DNA of 64,000 nucleotides from Clostridia bacterium (GTDB lineage: Bacteria; Bacillota; Clostridia; Christensenellales; CAG-138): the NCBI GenBank assembly GCA_017429985.1, contig JAFRNW010000010.1, positions 5,700 through 69,699 on the forward strand. The letters run 5' to 3'. The notes under the pieces are model-generated. The model was given only the letters and a program-made list of their open reading frames with translations. It was not told the DNA's origin and ran no database searches. Numbering within the stretch: position 1 is the first letter of the stretch; each line of letters starts with the position of its first letter. Positions 8,983 to 19,563 of the stretch are shown here, one piece after another. The position numbers and the translations under genes are program-made.

Positions 8983-9627
8983 TCAGTGCTCGACTTCGGA
9001 GGAAGGATCCGCTGACATTTCGTTTTCTGTTCCGATGTCCATACGGGCGTCATTGGCGCGGCCGTGCCCCTTGGGACCGATCTTGCCGTCAAACTTGCCG
9101 CCCGGCTGGGAAAAACCGTCGAGCTTTTTCTGGAGTCTTTGTCTGTGGCGTCCGTTGCCGGCATCTGTGCTGATTTGAAAGGAATCAAACGACAGTCCGT
9201 TATGCTGCTGGTTGCCGAGCTTTTCGACGGTCGCAGAAATGGCTCTGTCGACGGGACGGTGGCGGAGTTCGCGTCTGTCCATTTCCAGAAGGAGCGTTTC
9301 ACCGGATTCATTGCCGCCCTTGACATCCAGTACGTAGTCGAAGCAGTTGATCGTATAGACGAGAGAGGAATCCGAGTCTGCATCCAGCGTAACCGTTCCG
9401 TAAGGCATGGCGTAAGCCGTTCCCGCGCCTGCCACAATGACCATTGCGGCAGCTACGGTTCCGGATATCGCGCGTTTCCAGGCTCGTGACATACCGGCGG
9501 TTTTCATTTCATGCAGATCGAGCTGCTGTCCGATCTCATAACCCTGATTACGAATCCGGACAACCGCGCCGTCTTCCCTGAGGGCTGCGGCATGGCGGCC
9601 CCGGATATCAACGATTACTGCGTTCAT
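8983..9627 (-). CDS. rsgI: anti-sigma-I factor, RsgI-like (short form)
   Basis: N-terminus MNAVIVDIRGRHAAALREDGAVVRIRNQGYEIGQ resembles the RsgI_N domain. One TM segment (ISGTVAAAMVIVAGAGTAYA). Juxtamembrane segment YGTVTLDADSDSSLVYTINCFDYVLDVKGGNESGETLL. ATGA overlap with the sigI stop. Confidence 0.7.
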   Translation of the reverse strand: MNAVIVDIRGRHAAALREDGAVVRIRNQGYEIGQQLDLHEMKTAGMSRAWKRAISGTVAAAMVIVAGAGTAYAMPYGTVTLDADSDSSLVYTINCFDYVLDVKGGNESGETLLLEMDRRELRHRPVDRAISATVEKLGNQQHNGLSFDSFQISTDAGNGRHRQRLQKKLDGFSQPGGKFDGKIGPKGHGRANDARMDIGTENEMSADPSSEVEH

Positions 9628-10394
9628 ACTGGCATTTCCTCTTTCATAAACTTCAAATACTCCTGAAGGAACGGATAGTCGCCGCTCAGAACCAGAACCG
9701 CCATAATGAGGTATTTGCGGTACCGGTCCAGGGTTTTGCGCGGGACGCCCGACGACGCGGAGAGCGATTTGATCGGGAGCTTGTGTGTTTTCTCCAGCTC
9801 AGACAGGAATTCGGGACGGGATAGCATATACCTGACGGCCGCGGCGCATTCCTGCTTGGTCTTCTCCTGCCTTGGCGAGCATTCCGTGAGATCGAAAAAG
9901 CGGAAACCGTATCCGCGCATCTTTTCATTCATGGAAAGGATCTCGTCCCGGAGGCTGCCGGAGGAACGTGCCTTGCTGGCCTCCATCACGGCAAGGTAGA
10001 CGCCTTCCGTGTCTTCGCCCGGCTCGCCGTTGCCTTCCAGAATGTGCGGCGCGACGGGAACTTCGCGCAGATCGTTTTTCCGCGACCGGAAATAGTCGAT
10101 CAGCGCGCGGCGGATCAGGATCTGCGAGAAGGGAAGGAAATCCCCCTTTTCTCCGTCATAGCTGTCAATGGCTTTGTTAAAGGCAGTGAGCGCGACCGAC
10201 CATTCGTCATCCTGTCTGGTAATATAGCGGTTGCACACCAAAGACGCTGTGCGCAGGATGGTTTGTTCCTGGCTCAGGATCAGATCCTCACGTATGCGGT
10301 CATCGGATGATGCCGCAAATGCGGTTGTATTGATGGAATCGCGCATGCTGAATGCTTCCGGATGAGCCTTCCGCCTTGTTTCCAACAGTTCCAT
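9624..10394 (-). CDS. sigI: RNA polymerase sigma-I-like factor
   Basis: Region 2-like DEWSVALTAFNKAIDSYDGEKGDFLPFSQILIRRALIDYFR and the SigI-type C-terminus GVPRKTLDRYRKYLIMAVLVLSGDYPFLQEYL. Start placed at the ATG at 10394 behind AAAGGCGGA; the TTG at 10412 is an alternative. Confidence 0.75.
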   Translation of the reverse strand: MELLETRRKAHPEAFSMRDSINTTAFAASSDDRIREDLILSQEQTILRTASLVCNRYITRQDDEWSVALTAFNKAIDSYDGEKGDFLPFSQILIRRALIDYFRSRKNDLREVPVAPHILEGNGEPGEDTEGVYLAVMEASKARSSGSLRDEILSMNEKMRGYGFRFFDLTECSPRQEKTKQECAAAVRYMLSRPEFLSELEKTHKLPIKSLSASSGVPRKTLDRYRKYLIMAVLVLSGDYPFLQEYLKFMKEEMPV

Positions 10395-10419
10395 ATGGGT
10401 TCCGCCTTTCAAATATCTA

Positions 10420-10448
10420 TACGAAAGAGGAGCCTCTGAAAAAGGGGT
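10420..10448 (-). promoter_or_regulatory. candidate autoregulatory sigma-I-type promoter upstream of sigI
   Basis: Minus strand reads cgACCCCtttttcagaggctcctctttCGTAtag. ACCCC, 20 nt, CGTA. The CGTA lies 25 nt upstream of the ATG at 10394. Confidence 0.5.
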
Positions 10449-10476
10449 CGGCCGATGCTTTTGCTGAAATAACTGC

Positions 10477-10500
10477 GGCAGGGGATGCGGAACCCCTGCC
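10477..10500 (-). terminator. stem-loop after the 10521..11858 gene (possible partial terminator)
   Basis: GGCAGGGG-ttccgcat-CCCCTGCC on the minus strand, followed by a weak T-containing tail (gcagttatttc). Confidence 0.4.
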
Positions 10501-10520
10501 GCGGGGAGAAGTCCTGCCGT

Positions 10521-11858
10521 TTACCGGGAGGAAGGGAATTCCTTCCGTTCTTCCGTTTCCCGGATGAAACCGACTGCCAGAAGGCTGAGCGCGGCAAGCA
10601 TAAAGAACGCCAGCACGTAGGTCGGGATAACGACCGCGTCAAACAGATAGGCGGCATGGCAGAGGAAGGACGCGATACAGACCAGAGCGGGGATATACCA
10701 GCGCTTCGGCTCGAAAAACAGAAATACGACGGCGACGGTGTCGGCAAGATAGAAGTATCGGTCATGCATCAGCGGGAGGAAGAACGGGATCATGACCGCG
10801 AAGATCAGGGAAGCTTTGACGAGATCCGGCGTGCCGAGACGGTCCCTTCTCCAGTACAGATAGAGGAGGAAGGCAAGCACAACCGTGCCCGCTATGAAAA
10901 TGCCGGCGGCCGTGACGGGGATGTTGGACTTGGTTCCCTGGGGGAGCCAGGCAAATACGTTCGGTGCGAGCATGGACAGTTCGGAATAGGAGTTTGCCTG
11001 ATTCCAGTAGACGGAGATGCAGCTGATCGGACTTCTTCCGGCGATCATGGCGGGGATCAGAAGTCCGACGAATACCGCGGCAAAGACCCAGACGTCCCGA
11101 AGGCGGATATCCTTTCTGAACAGGAATACGATCAGCATCGGCATCAAGAAGACCGTCTGAAGCTTAAAGGAAAGCGCAAGGGCGAAAAACGCCCAGCAGA
11201 GGCGGCTCTTTTTCTGCAGCCCGTAATACAGTCCGCCAAGCGCGAACGCGGAGAAAACGCTGTCGCACTGCCCCCACATGGCGCTGTTGACGATCACGCT
11301 CGGAACAAGCAGCGCGGCGAAGAACGCGACGATTCCCGTCATCCTGTTTTCCGTCTTCAGACCGATGAGCTTCATGACGTAGTATGCCAGGATAAAATCG
11401 AAAAGGACGGAAAAGATCTTCAGGGAGAACATGAAATACGCATACGGGACCAGTTTCGCTATGCCGAACAGGAGATACAGATACGGCATATTGTAATTGG
11501 CTATTTCCGCGGCAAGGGATTCCGCGCCCGGAAGTTCCAGCATATACTGCATCCAGATGTTGAGATAATCGCTGAAGTCATCCGTCACATGGGGCAGCAG
11601 GGAAACGCGGGTAAAAAGCGTCAGTCCGAGAAGGACCAGGATTGCGGTAAACGAAAGGATGGAAAGCGGCCGTTTCTTCTCGCCGATTCCCGTAAAGAGG
11701 AGCGCTGCCGCTGCAGCATAGATCAGCGCGACGGGGATGCCCGTACCGAAAGGAACCGGCTGCCGCGAGGTAAAGGACAGGACCGCCGGGGTGAGCAGCA
11801 GGCATACCAGGATGGCGGCGCCGAAAAGCAGATATTTGGGCAGAGTCTGTTTATTCAA
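10521..11858 (-). CDS. polytopic membrane protein, Gpi18/PIG-V-like (GT87/COG5542-type) mannosyltransferase candidate
   Basis: Ten or more hydrophobic helices. Early loop HVTDDFSDYLNIWMQYM, and ANYNMPYLYLLF, which resembles the YNYPPL motif I recall for this family. The antisense ORF was rejected. Confidence 0.6.
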   Translation of the reverse strand: MNKQTLPKYLLFGAAILVCLLLTPAVLSFTSRQPVPFGTGIPVALIYAAAAALLFTGIGEKKRPLSILSFTAILVLLGLTLFTRVSLLPHVTDDFSDYLNIWMQYMLELPGAESLAAEIANYNMPYLYLLFGIAKLVPYAYFMFSLKIFSVLFDFILAYYVMKLIGLKTENRMTGIVAFFAALLVPSVIVNSAMWGQCDSVFSAFALGGLYYGLQKKSRLCWAFFALALSFKLQTVFLMPMLIVFLFRKDIRLRDVWVFAAVFVGLLIPAMIAGRSPISCISVYWNQANSYSELSMLAPNVFAWLPQGTKSNIPVTAAGIFIAGTVVLAFLLYLYWRRDRLGTPDLVKASLIFAVMIPFFLPLMHDRYFYLADTVAVVFLFFEPKRWYIPALVCIASFLCHAAYLFDAVVIPTYVLAFFMLAALSLLAVGFIRETEERKEFPSSR

Positions 11859-11870
11859 GGCAAATCCTCC

Positions 11871-13349
11871 TTACTGCTGCGGCATGTCTTTCGACGTACC
11901 GCCAACACGGACCGAATTGAGGTTGAAGTACATGGCGTAGACCTCGTTCCTCCAGTTGTATCTGGACGGCCCAAGGTCGTTCTGGATCAGAAGCTCCGGC
12001 ATATTGCTTAGAGGAGCGAGCACAACGTCCCGGCCGGCTGCGTCCTGACAGGTTTTCCAGCGTTCGCTCTGCTCTGCATAATAAACGGACGCAGTCCCGT
12101 TCAGGAGGTCTCTTCCGGCCTTGAAGGACGTGAAGGAACTGTAGCTACCGACGCATACGATCAATGTCATTATACAGTAGCCGAGCAGAAACATGCGTAT
12201 TGTTTTTGCTTCGAACAGCGTGCCGGGATTCTGCCGGATTTTCCGGAAGAGCCATCCGGTCAGATAGAAGACGTTCGCAAAGAGCAGCAGAACATACAGG
12301 AAGAACTGGATGTCGAGCAGCCTCCCCGATCCCGTGTAGTCCTGCGTGTAAAGCGTCGGGACATAGCCCGCTGCGATCAGGAACAGAGAGGCGAACATAA
12401 CGAGCAGGGGAAACCGGAAACGGAAGTCTGATCTGCCCGCGAAACCGACTGCCGCAGGAACTGCCGCGAACGAAAGGAGCAGTACGGGAAGCGTCGACCA
12501 TTCCGCGACAGAGGCGGCGGTCTTCATGACCGCCTTGACGCCTGCGCGCAGGAAGGCGGTGAACCCCGAATAAAACTGCCGCCCGGCGTTGGCGGGACTC
12601 TTGATGCTGATCAGGAACATGACCAGGAAAAGGAGAAACGTGGCAAGAGGAAGCGGATTCTTCTCTCCGGCGCGGAACTCCAGAATAACGACGGCTGCCA
12701 GGATCATGAGCAGATGGAGCCCTGTCGTATAATTGCCCCCCGCAAGCAGGGCTGCGAGAAGCGGAAGCACGATATAGAAAACGATGTTTCCGCGCTTCCC
12801 TTTTGTTCTGCGGATAAAAGCAAGAAGAGCGGACAGAAAGATCAGTGCAAAACTGAAACAGAGACAGTAGTAGCAGGAACCGTTGAACCAGTAGAGCCCC
12901 TGAAGCGGATTCGGAAGAAACTGTGTGCAAAGGATCGAAACGAGCGCGAACAGAAGAAGCTGCGAGGCGGGTGGCAGACGCAGGACATGCTTTCCGACGG
13001 AATGCACGAGGCACCATAATCCGAGAAGCAGGAATCCCGTCATGATCACAAACGTCCAGAAATACGCGTGTATTCCGAAAATCCCGGGCTGCAGCGACAT
13101 GAGAAAAACGGCGGAATACGATCCCTGCCAGTGATAGTAGACATACTGTACCATGCGGAGCGCGGCCTTCAGAACCGGGGCAAGGCTATGCGTGGAATTC
13201 CAGACACGGGCAGTATTCTGACCGTACGTATAGTCATCATTGATCGGGACATCATATTTCGCGATCGCCAGCATCGGTGCAAGAAGAGCTGCAAGCAGGA
13301 CCAGCGCGGCAACCGCGGCAATTGTGATGATAAGAGGCGTTTTTTTCAT
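11871..13349 (-). CDS. polytopic membrane protein, possibly DUF6056-like / GT-C candidate
   Basis: TM1 is followed by KYDVPINDDYTYGQ (acidic loop), then more than 10 helices. A 12-nt gap to the downstream GT gene suggests an operon. Start at the ATG at 13349 (MKKTPLIIT). Confidence 0.55.
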   Translation of the reverse strand: MKKTPLIITIAAVAALVLLAALLAPMLAIAKYDVPINDDYTYGQNTARVWNSTHSLAPVLKAALRMVQYVYYHWQGSYSAVFLMSLQPGIFGIHAYFWTFVIMTGFLLLGLWCLVHSVGKHVLRLPPASQLLLFALVSILCTQFLPNPLQGLYWFNGSCYYCLCFSFALIFLSALLAFIRRTKGKRGNIVFYIVLPLLAALLAGGNYTTGLHLLMILAAVVILEFRAGEKNPLPLATFLLFLVMFLISIKSPANAGRQFYSGFTAFLRAGVKAVMKTAASVAEWSTLPVLLLSFAAVPAAVGFAGRSDFRFRFPLLVMFASLFLIAAGYVPTLYTQDYTGSGRLLDIQFFLYVLLLFANVFYLTGWLFRKIRQNPGTLFEAKTIRMFLLGYCIMTLIVCVGSYSSFTSFKAGRDLLNGTASVYYAEQSERWKTCQDAAGRDVVLAPLSNMPELLIQNDLGPSRYNWRNEVYAMYFNLNSVRVGGTSKDMPQQ

Positions 13350-13469
13350 AGCGGTACTCGTTTTTGCGGGGTTGCGTTTCTGTGGAATCAACCGTATAGG
13401 ATATCGTACCATGAAACGGCATGCCGGCGCAGCGCTGCCTGCGTTTTGTTTGCAGACTTGTTACAGAGT

Positions 13470-15728
13470 CTACAGCATGTCCTGCGGATTGATTTCAAGC
13501 GTGGCGAACAGCTCGTTCCGGTGTTCCGATTCGTAGTCGTAAATCAGATGCAGAATATCCGCGGTGCGTTTGGTGCGGAGAAGTTTGATGAGTACCTGAT
13601 ACCGGTAGTTGTTCATCTTTCGCTGGATCGGCGCGGGAGAGCAGGAAAGCATCAGGAGATCGTTTTTCCCCTCTTCGCCGAGATGCTCCAGGAGCACGGC
13701 TTCGAGATTCCTGCCGTACTGCTCGCCGGTCCTAAACAGGGCTTCTTCGTCGGGACCGGAGAAGAGCAGCCGGACGAACATGGAGAAAGGGGGGAACAGG
13801 GCATGCCTGCGCTGCGCGAGCTCGTACCGGTAAAAGCCCTTGTAATCGTGATCCTTCGCAAACACGATGGCGGGATGATTCGGAGAATAGGTCTGGATGA
13901 TGACTTTCCCCGGGGTCTCATCCCGGCCCGCTCTTCCGGAGATCTGCGTCAGGAGCTGGAACGTCCGCTCCGTGCTCCGGTAATCGGGGATGCAGAGAGA
14001 CGCGTCCGCGGCAACGACGCCGGCAAGCGTAACATTCGGAAAGTCATGGCCTTTTGCGATCATCTGCGTGCCGATCAGCACGCTGTACTCGCCGGAAGCA
14101 AACGCGGAAAGCGTCTGCTGGTATGCGTTTTTATGATGCATGGTGTCGGTATCCATGCGGAGGGAAGTGACACCGGGGAACAGGGCCTGGAGCTGTTCCT
14201 CCACCTGTTCCGTTCCGATGCCGAAAAACTTGATGAACGGTTTTCCGCAGTTCGGGCAGATTTCGGGAACCGGCCTGCTTGCCCCGCAGAAATGGCATTT
14301 CAGTCTGTTCCCGTGCTTGTGATAGGTCATGCTGATGTCGCAGTTGGGGCACTGGATGACGGTTCCGCAGGACCGGCAGGAAACGAAGGTGGAATAGCCG
14401 CGCCGGTTGAGGAACAGCATGGCCTGATGTCCGCCGTCCAGACACTCCCGAAGCAGCGACTGCATCTTTCTTGAAAAGATCCCGTTGTTGCCCGCAAGGA
14501 ACTCCTCGCGCATATCGACGGTTTCGACCTCCGGCATCGGCCGGTGCATGACCCGTTCCGGCATTTCAAGCAGCCTGTATCTCCCGGACTGCGCACGGAA
14601 ATAGGAGAGAAGGGAGGGGGTGGCACTTCCGAGAAGGACCGGTATGCGGAAGGACCGGGAACGGTGCGCGGCGATTTCGGCCGCATGATAGCGGGGAGCG
14701 CTTTCGCTCTGGTAACTGGATTCGTGCTCTTCGTCGATGATGATCAGACCGAGATTGGAAAAGGGAGCGAATACGGCGCTGCGGGCTCCGACGACGACAC
14801 GAGCCCGGCCGAGGCGGATGCGCCGCCACTCGTCGAACCGCTCTCCTGCGCTGAGACGGCTGTGGAGGACCGCGACATCGTCATCGAAGCGCGCGCGGAA
14901 GAGCCCGACGGTCTGCGGGGTCAGTGAGATCTCCGGCACCAGCACGATGGCTTCCCTGCCTGATTTCAGGCAACGGTCGATGCACCGCATGTAGACTTCC
15001 GTTTTTCCGCTTCCGGTCACCCCGTGCAGGAGAAAGGTTTCCGCGGACTGCTGCACGACGGCTTCCGAAACCGCGTCCACGGCATTCTGCTGCGCTGCGT
15101 TCAGCACAACGGGCGTGTCCGCCCGCCTGCAGGAATAGTCCGGCCGACGGAACGTGACGTGTTCGTTTTCCAGAATAAATCCCTTCCGGATGAGCGCGCT
15201 GATGGCGGAAGCGGCTCCGGGCAGATACGCACGGATGTCCGCCACGGACATTTCCAGTCCGGTATTATGGAGGAGACTGACGACTTCCAGCTGTTTCGGC
15301 GCAAGCGCCTTCCCGCCGGAGGTCCGGAGAGCGGCGAGCATCTCCGCGTACGGGATCTCCCCAGAGAGCACGACGGTCCGTTCGGATTTTTCACGGACCC
15401 GGCTGCCGCGCAGCCTTGCAGGGATCATGAGGCGCAGCGCCTCTACAAGAAGACAGTGGTAACTCCGGGATACCCATCCGGCAAGCTCGATCTGCTCTTC
15501 CGTCAGGACGGGATACGGTTCCATGACGCGGATGATATCCTTTACGGGGAAATCCGTGTCGAAGTCGCTCTTCACGGAAAGGACGAATCCCTCCTTCAGT
15601 GCGTTTCCGCTTCCGAACGGCACAAGGACATGCTGCCCGGCAGAGATATTCAAATGTTCGGGCACACGGTATGTGAACAGCCGGTCCACATTGGCGTGGG
15701 CGATATCGATAATGACTTCCGCAAACAT
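13470..15728 (-). CDS. priA: primosomal protein N' (replication restart helicase PriA)
   Basis: GVTGSGKTEVY Walker A, IIIDEEH Walker B and the Cys-rich Zn region CRSCG...CPNCD...CHFCG...CPNCG. Confidence 0.95.
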   Translation of the reverse strand: MFAEVIIDIAHANVDRLFTYRVPEHLNISAGQHVLVPFGSGNALKEGFVLSVKSDFDTDFPVKDIIRVMEPYPVLTEEQIELAGWVSRSYHCLLVEALRLMIPARLRGSRVREKSERTVVLSGEIPYAEMLAALRTSGGKALAPKQLEVVSLLHNTGLEMSVADIRAYLPGAASAISALIRKGFILENEHVTFRRPDYSCRRADTPVVLNAAQQNAVDAVSEAVVQQSAETFLLHGVTGSGKTEVYMRCIDRCLKSGREAIVLVPEISLTPQTVGLFRARFDDDVAVLHSRLSAGERFDEWRRIRLGRARVVVGARSAVFAPFSNLGLIIIDEEHESSYQSESAPRYHAAEIAAHRSRSFRIPVLLGSATPSLLSYFRAQSGRYRLLEMPERVMHRPMPEVETVDMREEFLAGNNGIFSRKMQSLLRECLDGGHQAMLFLNRRGYSTFVSCRSCGTVIQCPNCDISMTYHKHGNRLKCHFCGASRPVPEICPNCGKPFIKFFGIGTEQVEEQLQALFPGVTSLRMDTDTMHHKNAYQQTLSAFASGEYSVLIGTQMIAKGHDFPNVTLAGVVAADASLCIPDYRSTERTFQLLTQISGRAGRDETPGKVIIQTYSPNHPAIVFAKDHDYKGFYRYELAQRRHALFPPFSMFVRLLFSGPDEEALFRTGEQYGRNLEAVLLEHLGEEGKNDLLMLSCSPAPIQRKMNNYRYQVLIKLLRTKRTADILHLIYDYESEHRNELFATLEINPQDML

Positions 15729-15798
15729 AGAATGCTCCCGCGTCCGGTGTATAACCTAGAAAAGCCCGCGGATGCGGGCCTGATGTACAAAGACAGGA

Positions 15799-16008
15799 TT
15801 AATTCTGGCTCTGATAGTATTCTTTCGGGGGTTCGATCACAAGCTCGTCGCTGTACAGTTCTTCCACCGCTGCCGTCACGGGTTTGCGGCCCGCAAGGAC
15901 ATCCGGCTCGTTCTGCAGCTGGCGCGCACGTTTGGCGACCGCGGTCACAAGCATGTAGCGGCATCCGCCGGCTTTTTTAATGAGAGTGTTCAAAGGTTGA
16001 TTCATCAT
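15799..16008 (-). CDS. rpoZ: DNA-directed RNA polymerase subunit omega
   Basis: 69-aa ORF with RYMLVTAVAKRARQL. Sits downstream of gmk with a 4-nt overlap. Confidence 0.85.
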   Translation of the reverse strand: MMNQPLNTLIKKAGGCRYMLVTAVAKRARQLQNEPDVLAGRKPVTAAVEELYSDELVIEPPKEYYQSQN

Positions 16009-16631
16009 TTTTCAGATCCTCCTGACAGTTCGCTGATCAGAGCGCAGTTGCGGGAAATGCGGCTCTTTTCCGCTCCGATAATGTTTTCGACTTTGTTGAC
16101 GGCGATATCCAGGATATCGTTGACAACGACGTAATCATACTTTCCGGCCAGCTTCATTTCTTCAAAAGCGGTATTGAAGCGGCGCTCCACCTGTTCGGCG
16201 GTTTCCGTTCCCCTGCCGATCAGCCGCTCTTTCAGCTCGGACAGGGAAGGGGGAGCGATGAAGATAAGAACGGCATCCGGGAAGGAATCCTTGACCTTCA
16301 TGGCGCCCTGCACATCGATATCCAGAACGACATCGTTTCCCGCTTCCATCTCTTCCACGACAAACGAGCGGGGGGTTCCGTAAAAATGCGTGTTGAATAC
16401 ATGCATGTATTCCAGGAATTCATCCCTGTCGATCATGGACTGGAAGGTCGGTTCGTCAATGAAGAAGTAATGGACGCCGTCGACTTCACCGGGGCGCGGG
16501 CTTCGCGTGGTCGCGGAGACGGACAGTTTGATGTTTGAACGGCGTTCACGAAGAACGTTGATAATAGAGCCTTTTCCGACACCGGAAGGCCCGGAGATTA
16601 CGACCAAAAGGCCTTTATTGGATTCCCGCAT
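16005..16631 (-). CDS. gmk: guanylate kinase
   Basis: ISGPSGVGKGS P-loop, ATTRSPRPGE and VDGVHYFF motifs. Confidence 0.95.
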   Translation of the reverse strand: MRESNKGLLVVISGPSGVGKGSIINVLRERRSNIKLSVSATTRSPRPGEVDGVHYFFIDEPTFQSMIDRDEFLEYMHVFNTHFYGTPRSFVVEEMEAGNDVVLDIDVQGAMKVKDSFPDAVLIFIAPPSLSELKERLIGRGTETAEQVERRFNTAFEEMKLAGKYDYVVVNDILDIAVNKVENIIGAEKSRISRNCALISELSGGSEK

Positions 16632-16651
16632 TTGATTTCACCTCTTTCGGG

Positions 16652-17527
16652 TCATTCTATGTTCTGAACCTGTTCCCGGATCTTTTCGGTTTCCGTTTTT
16701 CCGGAGAGGACAAGGTTCGTCAGTTCCGTATCATTTGCTTTGCTTCCGATCGTGTTGAATTCCCGGTTGATCTCCTGCACAAGGAAATCAAGACGTTTTC
16801 CGACCGGATCGGGATCTTCGAGGAGAAGCTCCATCTGACGGACGTGGCTGTGCAGACGGACGACCTCTTCGTCAACCGCGGCGCGGTCGGCGAAGACGGC
16901 GACTTCCATCGCGAGGCGCGTTTCATCCACGTCGCCCGCTTCCAGCAGCTGGGAGATCTTGCTGCGGAGACGGTCACGGTAATCCGTCACGACGCCCGGG
17001 GCGCGGGCTTCGATCCTGTCGGCAAGAGCGGAGATCGTCTCCGCCTTTTTGGCAAGGTCGGCGTGAAGCCTTGCGCCTTCCAGCGCACGCATCCCGATCA
17101 GTTCCTTCAGCGCGGCTTCGACCGCGTCATGACAGAGGACGGCGACTGCGTCCTGATCTTCCTCCGCCTCGAGGACTTCCGTGACGCCGGGGAGGTTCAG
17201 AGCCGCCGCGAGACCGAAGTCGTCCGGAAGGTACAGCGATTCATTCGCTCCGCGCGCGGAATCGACGTACGAAACGAGAAGGGGGGTGTTGATAACCACC
17301 TGCTTTGCGTCGTTGCGCGTATTTCTGTAATTCAGGAAGACGTCGATGTGACCGCGGCTCAAAGCCCCGGAGATCTGCTTGCGGATGCGGTCCTCCAGAA
17401 AGAGGAGATGACGCGGAAGACGCATGGATACATCCAGGAAACGGTGATTCACGGACTTCAGCTCGATTGTTATTTCACGTCCGTCAGCCGAAACGATGCC
17501 GCGGCCGTATCCAGTCATACTTTGCAT
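16652..17527 (-). CDS. yicC: YicC-family stress-induced protein
   Basis: MQSMTGYGRG N-terminus and C-terminal EINREFNTIGSKAND...EKIREQVQNIE, both typical of YicC/DUF1732. Confidence 0.9.
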   Translation of the reverse strand: MQSMTGYGRGIVSADGREITIELKSVNHRFLDVSMRLPRHLLFLEDRIRKQISGALSRGHIDVFLNYRNTRNDAKQVVINTPLLVSYVDSARGANESLYLPDDFGLAAALNLPGVTEVLEAEEDQDAVAVLCHDAVEAALKELIGMRALEGARLHADLAKKAETISALADRIEARAPGVVTDYRDRLRSKISQLLEAGDVDETRLAMEVAVFADRAAVDEEVVRLHSHVRQMELLLEDPDPVGKRLDFLVQEINREFNTIGSKANDTELTNLVLSGKTETEKIREQVQNIE

Positions 17528-17601
17528 GAGAAACCTCGATTCAAATCATTATTATAGCACAACAATTGCGGAAGAGACAACTGCGGGCGGAAACGGGCAT
17601 G

Positions 17602-19563
<1,962 letters not shown>

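Noticed and set aside
13350-13385. ACCCC motif upstream of the 11871..13349 gene, considered as a third sigma-I promoter
   Set aside because: The ACCCC lies only 20 nt from the ATG, and there is no CGTA or CGAA at the spacing seen in the other two sites.
10485-14474. Long plus-strand ORFs 10485..12011 (508 aa) and 13068..14474 (468 aa)
   Set aside because: They are antisense to the GT-like membrane genes and to priA. The products are Arg/Asp/Glu/Gly-rich and low in complexity, with no start context.
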